A DNA stretch of 64,000 nt. It comes from Bacteroidota bacterium. Lineage in GTDB: Bacteria; Bacteroidota; Bacteroidia; UKL13-3. This document shows, one piece after another, positions 25,975-36,583 of this stretch. The DNA lies in NCBI GenBank assembly GCA_030680835.1, contig JAUXUD010000004.1, forward strand, positions 32,400 through 96,399, in the 5' to 3' direction. The notes beneath the pieces were generated by a model. That model was not told the origin of the DNA, did no database searches, and saw only the letters and a list, made by a program, of their open reading frames with translations. Both the position numbers and the translations under genes were made by a program. Within the stretch, counting starts at the first letter, position 1; each line of letters opens with the position of its first letter.

Positions 25975-26316
25975 ATGAAAAAATTAATGATCGCTATGAT
26001 TTGCATGTTTGCAATCAGTACAACGCTTATGGCACAATCAACTAAAAAAACTGAAGTTTTTAAGGTTTACGGTAATTGCGAAATGTGTCAGGGGAAAATT
26101 GAAGGAGCTTTAAAAAAGAAAGACGGAATCCTCTCAAAAAGCTGGGATACCGAAACAAAAATGCTTACGGTTTCATATGATACTACAAAAATATCACTCC
26201 TAAAAATTAAGCAATTGATAGCAGATGTGGGATATGATACCGACGAAGTAAGAGCCAAAGCTGAAACCTATAATAAGCTTCATAAATGTTGCCAATACGA
26301 GCGACCTAAAAATTAA
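25975..26316 (+). CDS. Exported heavy-metal-associated (HMA) domain protein
   Basis: Signal peptide, VYGNCEMC motif and C-terminal LHKCCQYER. Confidence 0.88.
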   Translation: MKKLMIAMICMFAISTTLMAQSTKKTEVFKVYGNCEMCQGKIEGALKKKDGILSKSWDTETKMLTVSYDTTKISLLKIKQLIADVGYDTDEVRAKAETYNKLHKCCQYERPKN

Positions 26317-26345
26317 ATTTATTATTTTGTTAAAACCTTAGTTAC

Positions 26346-29300
26346 ATGTTTAACCGGCTCGTAAAATATTTTCTTGAAAACAGGCTGATTACCTATATAC
26401 TCCTGACTTCATTTGTTGTTTTGGGATTGGTATTTATGCCTTTCGGCCTGAAATCGGATTTCCTCCCGCGTGACCCGATTGCTGTGGATGCCATTCCGGA
26501 TATAGGAGAAAACCAGCAAATCGTGGCTACCGAATGGATGGGACGTTCTCCCAAAGACATACAAGACCAGGTAACCTATCCTTTAACTACTGCACTTTTG
26601 GGGATTCCGGGTGTACAAACAGTGCGAAGTACATCCATGTTTGGCATGTCATTTATCTATATAATTTTCAAAGACAAGATTGATTTTTACTGGAGCCGTT
26701 CACGCATTCTTGAAAAACTCAATTCACTGCCAACCGGTACCTTACCTGCAGGGGTACAGCCTACTCTGGGACCGGATGCGACGGCACTCGGACAAATATA
26801 CTGGTATACCTTAGAAGGTCGTGACCCAAAAACCGGAAAACCCAATGGAGGCTGGAACCCGCAGGAATTGCGAACCATACAGGATTTTTATGTGAAATAC
26901 GGACTCACCACAGCCGAAGGGGTTTCGGAAGTGGCATCGGTAGGAGGATTTGTAAAAGAGTATCAGATTGACTTAAATCCGGAGGCTATGAAAGCATTCG
27001 GTGTATCGGTCATGGATGTGATGAATGCCGTACGCAAAAGCAATCTGGATATAGGGGCCGAAACCATGGAACTGAATAATGTGGAATATATTATACGGGG
27101 TCTGGGTTATGTTAAAAGTCTGGATGACCTTGAAATATCTGTAGTAGCTGTCCGGAATAATACACCGGTTCGCATTAAAGATGTTGCACATGTATCATTT
27201 GGTCCGGCAACACGCCGTGGTGGACTCGATAAAGCAGGTTCAGAAGCGGTAGGTGCTGTGGTAGTAGCGCGTTACGGTTCGAACCCCATGGAAGTAATCA
27301 ATAATGTAAAAGACAAAATAAAAGAAATTGAAGCCGGATTGCCACAAAAAACATTGCCTGATGGTTCTGTTTCTAAAGTTACGATAATCCCATTTTACGA
27401 TCGTACCGGTTTGATAAAAGAAACAATCGGTACGCTCGAATCAGCACTTACACATGAAATCCTCATCAGCATTATTGTCATCATCATATTGGTGGTAAAC
27501 CTGAAGGCATCGCTGATCGTAGCAGGACTGTTACCTATTGGGGTATTGATGACATTCATATTCATGCGCCTGTTTGGTATTGATGCAAATATTGTGGCAC
27601 TCTCGGGTATCGCTATTGCCATTGGGGTTATGGTTGATATTGGGATTGTAGATGTGGAGAACATACTGAGACACCTTGAAATGCCTGAAAACAAAGGCAT
27701 ACGCGGAAAGAAACTGCTTCAGGTAATATATCTTGCAACTACTGAAGTACGGGCTGCTGTGGTAACGGCTATTGCTACAACTATTGTAAGTTTCCTTCCT
27801 GTTTTTGCCATGCAGGCAGCGGAGGGAAAATTGTTTCATCCCCTTGCATTTACCAAAACTTTTGCCCTTTTATCCGCATTTGTACTTGGTATTGTGGTGC
27901 TGCCTACTTTAACACATCTCTTCTTTTCCATTCGTACAAATACCCGAAAGATTCGCAAAATATGGAACTGGGGTCTGATTACAGCAGGAATGTTATTTGT
28001 AATATTCTGGAATGCATGGCCTGCTTTGGCATTAACTTTAATTGGCATCAATAATTTATTGGATCATCGCTGGCCTGAACACAAAAAAGAATATCCAAAC
28101 TTTATCAATATCGCAATTACCGCACTGATTGCGGTATGGTATCTTACCATTGAATGGTTGCCATTGGGAGCCCATAACAGCGCTTTTTCAAGCTTTATTT
28201 TTGTGGGGGTAATCATTGCCCTTATTCTGATCCCACTGATGTTAATGGTGCATTATTATGAACTTATTATTCGCTGGGCGCTGGCAAACAAACGCAAATT
28301 TCTGATTATCCCGGCTGTTACTTTGTTTTTAGGTCTCCTGGCCTGGCAGGGTTTTGAAAACACATTCAGTTTTGCTGCAAACGGAATTGAAAAAGCGGGA
28401 TGGAAAAACTTCAGACAAACTACTTTTTGGCAGAAATCTGTGAAAGGTTTTCCGGGCACAGGTAAAGAATTCATGCCTTCACTAAATGAAGGTTCGTTTC
28501 TGCTTATGCCCACGAGTATGCCGCATTCAAGCATTGAAAAGAATTTGGAGTACATTGAAACACTTGATAAAAGACTCTCTGCAATTCCAGAGGTAGAAAT
28601 TGCAGTCGGTAAATGGGGCCGTGTGAATTCGGCACTCGACCCGGCTCCTGTTCAAATGTTTGAGAATACCATCAATTATCGTTCAGAATATATATTGAAC
28701 GAAAACGGACATCGCATGCAATTCAAAGTGGATGATAAAGGCGCTTATGTATTAAAAAACGGTTCAACATACAATTTTAAAAAAGAAGGATTCAGAGCCA
28801 TTGCATTAGATAGTTTAATACCTGTTGATAATGGAGAATATTTCAGGCAATGGCGACCAGAAATAAAAAGTCCTGATGATATCTGGAATGAAATAGTAAA
28901 AGTAACCAACATTCCGGGCTTAACTTCGGCACCCAAACTACAGCCTATCGAAACCCGCCTGGTGATGCTGTCAACAGGTATGCGTGCCCCAATGGGATTA
29001 AAGGTGTTTGGTCCGGATCTGAACGCCATTGAGTCGGCCGGAATGAAACTTGAACAGGCATTGAAAGATGTACCCTCCATCAAAGCATCAGCTGTATTTT
29101 ATGACCGGGCAGTAGGAGCACCTTATCTTGAAATTAAATTGAACCGGGAAGCCATGGCCAGATATGGAATGAGCGTAAGCGATGTGCAGGAAGTATTGCA
29201 GGTTGCGGTTGGGGGCATGGCCCTCTCTTCATCTGTTGAAGGCCGGGAACGCTTCCCTTTAAGGGTTCGTTATGCACGTGAATTGAGAGATAATCCCGAT

Positions 29301-30218
29301 GATCTCAAACGCATATTGATACCCGGAATGAATGGAGTTCAGGTTCCATTAGGAGAAATTGCAGCTATTGACTATACCCGTGGTGCGCAAATGATACGAA
29401 GTGAAAATACCTTCCTGAACGGATATGTTATTTTCGATAAAAACGAAGGAAAGGCCGAAGTGGATGTAGTAGAAGAAGCAACACAAATATTACAGGAGAA
29501 ATTAAGTTCAGGAACCCTTGTATTGCCTGCCGGGGTATCTTATAAATTTGCCGGCAATTACGAGCATCAACTCAGGGCAACCAAACGGCTGGCAATTGTA
29601 ATTCCCATAAGTTTACTGTTGATATTGCTGTTATTGTATTTTCAATTCAGAACGATTACTGCTTCATTCATTCATTTTTCAGGAGTTTTTGTGGCATTTG
29701 CCGGAGGTTTTATTATGATATGGTTGTATGGCCAGGATGGTTTTTTAAATTTTTCAGTTGCAGGTATCAACATGAGAGAATTATTTCAAATTCATACCAT
29801 TAATTTAAGTGTTGCGGTTTGGGTAGGTTTTATCGCACTGTTTGGCATTGCAACCAATGATGGAGTAATCATGGGTACATACATTCATCAGGTATTTGAA
29901 GAAAAACACCCATCAACCATAAAGGAAGTTAGAGAAGCCGTTGTGATTGCCGGTTTAAAACGGGTAAGACCCGCCATGATGACTTCTGCTGTAGCCGTAA
30001 TTGCTTTGTTGCCCATTTTATCATCTACAGGTAAAGGGGCCGATATTATGATCCCTATGGCCATACCCATGTTTGGAGGAATGGTGATTCAGGTAATGAC
30101 CGTTTTTGTGGTTCCATTATTTCAGGCCATGTGGAGAGAGGGAGCAGTAAACCGAAAAAATAATTCTGCAATTCAAACAATTAATAATGAGGAAAACAAT
30201 GAGATTACCGGTATATAA
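26346..30218 (+). CDS. cusA: CusA/CzcA-family heavy-metal efflux RND permease
   Basis: DAIPDIGENQQIV, LGPDATALG, GIAIAIGVMVD, EFMPSLNEG and RVRPAMMT motifs; 1290 aa. Confidence 0.9.
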   Translation: MFNRLVKYFLENRLITYILLTSFVVLGLVFMPFGLKSDFLPRDPIAVDAIPDIGENQQIVATEWMGRSPKDIQDQVTYPLTTALLGIPGVQTVRSTSMFGMSFIYIIFKDKIDFYWSRSRILEKLNSLPTGTLPAGVQPTLGPDATALGQIYWYTLEGRDPKTGKPNGGWNPQELRTIQDFYVKYGLTTAEGVSEVASVGGFVKEYQIDLNPEAMKAFGVSVMDVMNAVRKSNLDIGAETMELNNVEYIIRGLGYVKSLDDLEISVVAVRNNTPVRIKDVAHVSFGPATRRGGLDKAGSEAVGAVVVARYGSNPMEVINNVKDKIKEIEAGLPQKTLPDGSVSKVTIIPFYDRTGLIKETIGTLESALTHEILISIIVIIILVVNLKASLIVAGLLPIGVLMTFIFMRLFGIDANIVALSGIAIAIGVMVDIGIVDVENILRHLEMPENKGIRGKKLLQVIYLATTEVRAAVVTAIATTIVSFLPVFAMQAAEGKLFHPLAFTKTFALLSAFVLGIVVLPTLTHLFFSIRTNTRKIRKIWNWGLITAGMLFVIFWNAWPALALTLIGINNLLDHRWPEHKKEYPNFINIAITALIAVWYLTIEWLPLGAHNSAFSSFIFVGVIIALILIPLMLMVHYYELIIRWALANKRKFLIIPAVTLFLGLLAWQGFENTFSFAANGIEKAGWKNFRQTTFWQKSVKGFPGTGKEFMPSLNEGSFLLMPTSMPHSSIEKNLEYIETLDKRLSAIPEVEIAVGKWGRVNSALDPAPVQMFENTINYRSEYILNENGHRMQFKVDDKGAYVLKNGSTYNFKKEGFRAIALDSLIPVDNGEYFRQWRPEIKSPDDIWNEIVKVTNIPGLTSAPKLQPIETRLVMLSTGMRAPMGLKVFGPDLNAIESAGMKLEQALKDVPSIKASAVFYDRAVGAPYLEIKLNREAMARYGMSVSDVQEVLQVAVGGMALSSSVEGRERFPLRVRYARELRDNPDDLKRILIPGMNGVQVPLGEIAAIDYTRGAQMIRSENTFLNGYVIFDKNEGKAEVDVVEEATQILQEKLSSGTLVLPAGVSYKFAGNYEHQLRATKRLAIVIPISLLLILLLLYFQFRTITASFIHFSGVFVAFAGGFIMIWLYGQDGFLNFSVAGINMRELFQIHTINLSVAVWVGFIALFGIATNDGVIMGTYIHQVFEEKHPSTIKEVREAVVIAGLKRVRPAMMTSAVAVIALLPILSSTGKGADIMIPMAIPMFGGMVIQVMTVFVVPLFQAMWREGAVNRKNNSAIQTINNEENNEITGI

Positions 30219-31641
30219 AAAAACAGTCCTTGCATTGATTGCAAATTGTTGCTGGTTCATTGCCGGCAGTCAGACGCAATCGGATTCACTTTTCAAATAC
30301 CTTGAAATTGCAGCTAAAAATAATCCAACCGTATTGCAACGATTTGATGAATACCGTGCTGCATTACAAAAAGTACCACAGGTGGGTAGTTTGCCCGACC
30401 CTCAGTTGAGTGTGGGTGTATTTTTACAACCGATGGAACTGATGGCCGGTTACCAGGATGCCAACATCACTTTAATGCAAATGTTTCCCTGGTTTGGGGT
30501 ATTGAAACTGGCAAAAGATGAAATGAGTCTGATGGCAAAAGCAAAATTCGAAACTTTCAGGGATGCAAAATTGCAGGTTTATTATGATGTACAACGTACC
30601 TGGTTTGAGTTGCATAAAGTGAAACAGAACATAAAGGTTTCAGAAAAAAATATTGAGATATTGAGAACCATTGAAAGATTGGCCATTGTTAAATATAAAT
30701 CGGTTCCAACAGGAAATCGTACTAGCGTAAATAACAATACAAGTACAATGGCCACCAACAATAATGCAAATTCCGGATCATCGGGGATGAGCAATATGGG
30801 TGGCAATTCCGGCAACAATTCCGGAACTGTTACCAATCAGGCATCGTCGCCAATGTCTGGAAACAGCATGGGTTCAATCTCAACCGGTTCTGGATTGTCG
30901 GATGTGTACCGGATTCAAATTGAAATCGGAGAACTTCAGAATAATATACAATTGTTAAAAAACCAATGGTCAAGTATTTCAGCCCGGTTTAACAGCTACC
31001 TGAACCGACCCCATCATGCGGTTGTTACGATTGGGGATACATTAATTGCAGATGATTTTAGTCAAGCACTTTTAACATTATCCGATAGTTCCTTAATGAA
31101 CAATCCGATGTTGGGCATGCTTCAATATGAGCAACAATCGCTGGAAGCCCGCAAAAAAATGGTGAATAAAATGGGGTTTCCCATGATTGGATTAGGTGTT
31201 AATTATATGCTGATCAGCAAAAGCGGAATGTCAACTTCACCCATGAACGGAAATGATATGATTATGCCTATGGTAACCGCAACTTTGCCTATTTATCGTA
31301 AAAAATACAGAGCCATGAATGATGAAGCTGAATTATTGAAATCGGCTACCGGGCAGAATTACCAGGCCACGGCCAATGCACTGCAATCAGAGTATTACCA
31401 GGCCACCCAATTATACATGGATGCAAATCGCAGGAGGGTACTTTATGCAGATCAATTTCAACTGGCATCAAAATCACTCAACATTATGTTAAAAAGTTAT
31501 GCTGCATCCGGATCGGACCTCACCGACATTCTCAGGGTTCAGCAACAAACACTTGATTACGAATACAAGCAGACTGAAGCCATTGCCGATACGAACACAG
31601 CTATTGCATGGCTCAACAGATTAATGGCATTAACTCAGTAA
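30187..31641 (+). CDS. TolC-family outer membrane efflux protein
   Basis: LPDP..QMFPWFG motif, helical repeats, position between RND permease and adaptor; internal Asn/Ser/Gly/Met-rich insert. Confidence 0.85.
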   Translation: MRKTMRLPVYKKTVLALIANCCWFIAGSQTQSDSLFKYLEIAAKNNPTVLQRFDEYRAALQKVPQVGSLPDPQLSVGVFLQPMELMAGYQDANITLMQMFPWFGVLKLAKDEMSLMAKAKFETFRDAKLQVYYDVQRTWFELHKVKQNIKVSEKNIEILRTIERLAIVKYKSVPTGNRTSVNNNTSTMATNNNANSGSSGMSNMGGNSGNNSGTVTNQASSPMSGNSMGSISTGSGLSDVYRIQIEIGELQNNIQLLKNQWSSISARFNSYLNRPHHAVVTIGDTLIADDFSQALLTLSDSSLMNNPMLGMLQYEQQSLEARKKMVNKMGFPMIGLGVNYMLISKSGMSTSPMNGNDMIMPMVTATLPIYRKKYRAMNDEAELLKSATGQNYQATANALQSEYYQATQLYMDANRRRVLYADQFQLASKSLNIMLKSYAASGSDLTDILRVQQQTLDYEYKQTEAIADTNTAIAWLNRLMALTQ

Positions 31642-31664
31642 AATAATTTGAAAAACAAACAGTA

Positions 31665-33371
31665 ATGAAAAAGATATTTTCCAACAAAATTTTTCTAACC
31701 AGTCTCATATTAATTATAGGTATTTTTATCGGCTGGTTATTCTTTCATTCACCAAACAAGATTGAAAACAAACCGGGTCAATCCGCAGAAACTGTCAGCG
31801 AAAGCATTTGGACCTGTTCCATGCATCCTCAGATAAGGATGCATGAAGCGGGTAAATGCCCTTTATGCGGAATGGATTTAATTACAGTCAGTCAGAGTGG
31901 TGGAGCTACATTGGATCCCGAATCTATTCATATGACAAAGGAAGCAGCTCAGTTGGCGAATGTGCTTACATCGGTTGTTTCAAAACAAAATCCGGTTAAG
32001 GAAATTCGTCTTTATGGTAAAGTTATGGCAGATGAAAGGCTGTTGCAAAGTCAGGTATCTTATTTACCCGGACGCATTGAAAAACTACTTATAAACTATA
32101 CAGGTGAAACTGTGAGAAGAGGACAAACCCTGGCCGTTATTTATTCACCAGATCTGGTAACGGCGCAACAGGAATTACTTGAAACCGCAAAGTCTAAACT
32201 CGTACAACCTGCATTATACGAAGCCACAAAGGATAAACTTCGTCAGTGGAAAATAAGTGAGAAACAGATTGCATCCATGGAGTATTCGGGCAAAGTAAAT
32301 ACCGATTTTGAAGTGTATGCAAACACAACAGGTATTGTAACCGCAAGACGTGTAAACAACGGAGACTATATTTCGCCGGGTACGGTGCTGTTTGAAGTAG
32401 CAGACCTTTCACGGGTGTGGGTTGTATTTGATGCATACGAAAGTGATCTTCAATTTTTGTCATTAAATCAAACCATATCCTTTACGGTTCAGGCAATACC
32501 CGGTATAAAATATACAGGTACTATTACCTTTATTGATCCGGTAATGAACACCACAACCCGTGTTGCAAGAGTTCGGGTAGAAATTGACAACAAAGACGCC
32601 AAATTAAAACCGGAAATGTTTGTTAATGGTATTGTGCGTGCGAACCTGACTGCATATAAAAACAAGCTGATTATTCCACGCACCGCAGTATTATGGACAG
32701 GAAAAAGATCGGTGGTATATGTAAAACAAAGCGGAAGCGATGAGCCGGTTTTTAAAATCAGAGAAATAGAACTCGGCACGCAGATGGGCAATAGTTATGT
32801 TGTGGAAAGTGGTTTAAATGAGGGTGAAGAAATAGTAACACAGGGTGCATTTAGTGTGGATGCTTCTGCACAGCTCGAAGGAAAGCCGAGCATGATGAAT
32901 CAACAAAGTGAACAGGTTGTTTTACCCGGAATGGAAATGCAACTGAGCACATTATTTAACGAATATATTAAATTAAAAAATGCATTTGTGCAAAGTGATG
33001 TAAAGAAAATAAAGCAAGCGGCAATGGAATTTCAACCCGCACTTGCAAAAATAGATTTGAAACTTCTTAGCGGGGAAACCCATACAAAATGGTTTGAAAT
33101 TTCGGGAAGTATGGACAAACAAGTCAAAAGGATTATATCTTCGGATAATTTAGAAGAACAGCGAAAAGCATTTTCGGATTTCAGTGATTTGTTTTACAAA
33201 TCTGTAAAGGAATTTGGCTTAAAGGAAGGCACTGCTTATTATCAATATTGCCCGATGGCTGATAACGATAAAGGAGCCTATTGGCTCAGTGAAACAAAGA
33301 CAATCCGCAATCCTTACTTTGGTTCAAAAATGATGAATTGCGGGGAGACGAAAGAAACTTTGAAGTATTAA
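31665..33371 (+). CDS. cusB: RND periplasmic adaptor (CusB-like) with heavy-metal-binding and C-terminal DUF3347-like domains
   Basis: WTCSMHPQI..CPLCGMDL, YSPDL..AQQEL, LKPEMF, and C-terminal YCPMA..WLS..NPYFG..C. Confidence 0.85.
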   Translation: MKKIFSNKIFLTSLILIIGIFIGWLFFHSPNKIENKPGQSAETVSESIWTCSMHPQIRMHEAGKCPLCGMDLITVSQSGGATLDPESIHMTKEAAQLANVLTSVVSKQNPVKEIRLYGKVMADERLLQSQVSYLPGRIEKLLINYTGETVRRGQTLAVIYSPDLVTAQQELLETAKSKLVQPALYEATKDKLRQWKISEKQIASMEYSGKVNTDFEVYANTTGIVTARRVNNGDYISPGTVLFEVADLSRVWVVFDAYESDLQFLSLNQTISFTVQAIPGIKYTGTITFIDPVMNTTTRVARVRVEIDNKDAKLKPEMFVNGIVRANLTAYKNKLIIPRTAVLWTGKRSVVYVKQSGSDEPVFKIREIELGTQMGNSYVVESGLNEGEEIVTQGAFSVDASAQLEGKPSMMNQQSEQVVLPGMEMQLSTLFNEYIKLKNAFVQSDVKKIKQAAMEFQPALAKIDLKLLSGETHTKWFEISGSMDKQVKRIISSDNLEEQRKAFSDFSDLFYKSVKEFGLKEGTAYYQYCPMADNDKGAYWLSETKTIRNPYFGSKMMNCGETKETLKY

Positions 33372-33438
33372 TTTTTTTAATGCTTGTGCTTTCATTAAAA
33401 TTTGTCGGTTATTTTTTTAAGTTCACCCGGGCTTTTAT

Positions 33439-34128
33439 TTATGGTGACAATCTTTGTTTGGTCCAACTATGATCTTTTTCAAGATTGTACTGAATCCGGT
33501 CGTGCAGTCTGCTGGCCCTGCCTTGCCAGAATTCTATACAAACCGGAACCAAGCGATATCCTCCCCAATTGTCGGGTCTGGTAACTGCTTTCCCTTCAAA
33601 TCTTTTTTCTATTTCATCCACTTTCTGTTCCAGTTCTGTTCTGTCGCTAATGGGTTTACTTTGAGCCGAAACCCAGGCACCAATTTGACTTCCTCTGGGT
33701 CTGCTGTTAAAATAGTCATCTGATTCTTTAGTAGAAATTATTTCGACAGTCCCTTCAATTCTAACTTGTTTAAAGAGTCCGAGCCACAAAAAGGTCATCA
33801 CCGCAAACTTATTTTCGGCCAGTTCATTTGCTTTTCTGCTGGTATAGTTTGTAAAAAAAGTAAATCCCCTTTCATCAAATCCTTTTAAAAGCATAATCCT
33901 GCCAGATGGCTTTCCGTAGGGCGTTGCAGTTGACAGATGCATAACATTCGGTTCAATGAGTTTATTGTCAACCGCTTCATTAAACCAATCTTCAAACTGG
34001 TCAATGGGATTGCTTTTTAAGGAAGCTTCATCGATGCCATTTGAGATATATTCGTTTCTGAAATTAGAAACCAGTTGCCGTAAGGATTTTTTCTGAAAAA
34101 GATTAATGGTACTTTCTAAAAATTTCAT
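33439..34128 (-). CDS. pdxH: Pyridoxine/pyridoxamine 5'-phosphate oxidase
   Basis: RIMLLK, FFTNYTSRK, QVRIEG, SRPRGSQIGAW and EFWQGR..RLHDR motifs. Confidence 0.95.
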   Translation of the reverse strand: MKFLESTINLFQKKSLRQLVSNFRNEYISNGIDEASLKSNPIDQFEDWFNEAVDNKLIEPNVMHLSTATPYGKPSGRIMLLKGFDERGFTFFTNYTSRKANELAENKFAVMTFLWLGLFKQVRIEGTVEIISTKESDDYFNSRPRGSQIGAWVSAQSKPISDRTELEQKVDEIEKRFEGKAVTRPDNWGGYRLVPVCIEFWQGRASRLHDRIQYNLEKDHSWTKQRLSP

Positions 34129-34232
34129 TTGGTCACAAATGTAATAAGTTGCTTAAATAATTTTAAATTTATTGAAAAATAGATTTAAATGCTGGGAATT
34201 TCATTAAACAGTTCACCATTGTGAATTAGAAT

Positions 34233-34862
34233 TTATGTTTGGGGATAAAATGTTACATTGCCGGTAGCGAGTTCATGTAAACCGCCAACAATTCCGATGG
34301 TTCCGTTTTCAATCATTTCTTTTAATATGGGACTGCGTTCTGTAATGGCTTTAATAGTGCGTTTTACATTGATGATGGTTACATTTTCTACAAATTCGTC
34401 ATTGCCTGAATTGCGGTTTTCGGTTGTAAGGGTTTCGTCGTCTACGGCTGGTCTTATTTTGGTAAGCAATGCAGTGAGGTTGCCCATCTCTATATGATCG
34501 CAAGCCCCTTTTACTGCACCACATTTGGTATGTCCCAATACAACAATGATTTTAGCTCCTGCTACTTTGCATCCAAATTCCATGCTGCCTAAAATATCTT
34601 CATTGATGATGTTTCCTGCAATACGGATACTGAGCACATCACCCAGTCCCTGGTCAAAAATCAGTTCGGCAGATGTTCTGCTGTCAATGCAGCTGAGAAT
34701 CACTGCAAAGGGATGTTGCCCGTCGGAGGTTTCGTTTGCCTGTTGCAAAAGGTTGCGGTTTAATTTCAGGTTGTCTATAAACCTTTTATTCCCTACTTTT
34801 AACAGTTCTAATGCCATTGATGGGGTAATAGCAGCCTGCATTTCTTTTGTTAATGTTTTCAT
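34233..34862 (-). CDS. Beta-class carbonic anhydrase
   Basis: Zn ligands CIDSR and GHTKCGA; RIAGN. Confidence 0.93.
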   Translation of the reverse strand: MKTLTKEMQAAITPSMALELLKVGNKRFIDNLKLNRNLLQQANETSDGQHPFAVILSCIDSRTSAELIFDQGLGDVLSIRIAGNIINEDILGSMEFGCKVAGAKIIVVLGHTKCGAVKGACDHIEMGNLTALLTKIRPAVDDETLTTENRNSGNDEFVENVTIINVKRTIKAITERSPILKEMIENGTIGIVGGLHELATGNVTFYPQT

Positions 34863-34894
34863 TTTCTATTTGCGTTTTTTTAATTGGTTTTGTA

Positions 34895-36448
34895 TTAAGC
34901 GGGTTCTATAAAATTTATTTTCTCAACGATGATATTTTTGGTTTTAGCATGAACCTCATAATCTTTTATCAGTTCTACCACATCATAAGCAATTGATTTT
35001 GATTTGGCACAATCAATAATCACTTTCGAATGGGCCGGAATACTTTCAAGGGCTTTTATTACACTGGCTTTATTGAAAAATGAAACTTCTTCTGCCAATA
35101 CAAGGTGGTGAACCTCGTGCCCTTCTTCTGTAGTAACCACGTCTTTCATATGATGCGAATTGCGATAGCTGTGACGTAATGTATAGAAGAGTCCCAAAAT
35201 TAATCCGATTCCAATTCCCATTAACAGATCGGTTGCTAAAATAGCTACAACAGTAGCAGTAAAAGGTACAAACTGCTCCCAACCCAATTTATACATCTGT
35301 TTAAAAAGTGAAGGCTTTGCTAATTTGTAGCCTACCATCAATAAAATGGCTGCTAAACTTGCCAAAGGTATTCTATTCAATACACTTGCAATTGTTAAAG
35401 CACTCAGCAGTAGAAAAAATCCATGTAAAATAGCTGACATTTTTGTTTTCCCTCCAAATGAAATGTTAGCAGAACTTCTTACAATAACCTGAGTAACGGG
35501 TAATCCACCTATTAAACCAGAAATCACATTACCCAATCCTTGAGCTTTTAATTCCCTGTTTGTAGGAGTAATTCTTTTGTCAGGATCCATTTTATCGGTG
35601 GCTTCAACACATAACAAAGTTTCTAAACTGGCAACTATGGCCAATACAACTGCTATTTTCCAGACTTCAAAATTTGTTATGGCAGAAAAATCGGGAAAAG
35701 TAAACTGACTGAAAAAACCTTTTATGTCTTCAGGAACAGGAATTCTCACCACCTGATCGGCAGCCAAACTGAAATTGATAATACCGTTTTGATAAAAGAA
35801 ATTCATTACAATGCCAAGGACTACCACAACAAGCGGCCCATTTATCATACCAAAAATTTTATGTTTTTTCATCAATACATTGTCCCATAAAATTAAAAGT
35901 GCCAAAGAGATCATTGCGATAAATAAGGCCCCCGGTGTGAGGAAGTCAATCGCTTTTTTAATTTCAGAAAGTGTATTTTGTCCGTCTACTTGTAAAAATG
36001 CTACCTCTCCGAAAGCACCTTTGTTCCAGCCCAAAGCGTGAGGAATTTGTTTTAAAATGATTAATAGTCCGATGCCGGTTAGCATTCCTTTAATTACCGA
36101 GGAAGGAAAGAAGTACGCAATGAAACCTGCTTTAGAATAGCCTAAAAGGAGCTGAATAATCCCTGCAAGAACAACAGATGTAAGAAACGCTTCCCAGGAA
36201 CCACCGAGTGTGGCAATGGAACTTAAAACAATAACAGCCAAACCTGCTGCAGGTCCGCTTACACCCAGTGGAGAACCACTGGCAACACCTACTACCATGC
36301 CTCCAACAATGCCCGCAATAATTCCGGCAAACAAAGGCGCGCCCGATGCGAGGGCAATTCCCAGACATAAAGGCACTGCCACAAAAAAAACGACGATACT
36401 CGCGGGTAAGTCGTGCTTTAATTCTTTGAATAGTTTGTTCAACTCCAT
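34895..36448 (-). CDS. SulP/SLC26 inorganic anion (likely bicarbonate) transporter
   Basis: PLCLGIALASG, SGPAAG, NRELKAQG and VIVRSS motifs; directly upstream of the carbonic anhydrase. Confidence 0.9.
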   Translation of the reverse strand: MELNKLFKELKHDLPASIVVFFVAVPLCLGIALASGAPLFAGIIAGIVGGMVVGVASGSPLGVSGPAAGLAVIVLSSIATLGGSWEAFLTSVVLAGIIQLLLGYSKAGFIAYFFPSSVIKGMLTGIGLLIILKQIPHALGWNKGAFGEVAFLQVDGQNTLSEIKKAIDFLTPGALFIAMISLALLILWDNVLMKKHKIFGMINGPLVVVVLGIVMNFFYQNGIINFSLAADQVVRIPVPEDIKGFFSQFTFPDFSAITNFEVWKIAVVLAIVASLETLLCVEATDKMDPDKRITPTNRELKAQGLGNVISGLIGGLPVTQVIVRSSANISFGGKTKMSAILHGFFLLLSALTIASVLNRIPLASLAAILLMVGYKLAKPSLFKQMYKLGWEQFVPFTATVVAILATDLLMGIGIGLILGLFYTLRHSYRNSHHMKDVVTTEEGHEVHHLVLAEEVSFFNKASVIKALESIPAHSKVIIDCAKSKSIAYDVVELIKDYEVHAKTKNIIVEKINFIEPA

Positions 36449-36473
36449 GTTGTTATTTTTTGGTTAACGGGGG

Positions 36474-36547
36474 CAAAGATAGTAATAGTTTTTTAAATAA
36501 TAGTAATACTATTATAAATAATTGTAAAATTATTTTTCCTATCTTTG
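36474..36547. promoter_or_regulatory. Divergent Bacteroidota promoters with a candidate TetR operator between them
   Basis: TATCTTTG on the minus strand (36474-81) and plus strand (36540-47); perfect inverted repeat ATAATAGTA-A-TACTATTAT at 36497-36515. Confidence 0.65.
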
Positions 36548-36583
36548 TCGAACGGAATCAGTAAAATAAAAAACAAAACAGAA

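Noticed and set aside
30712..30895. Asn/Ser/Gly/Met-rich low-complexity insert in the TolC protein
   Set aside because: In frame and non-repetitive at DNA level; most likely an ordinary flexible loop of this efflux subfamily, not a mobile insertion.
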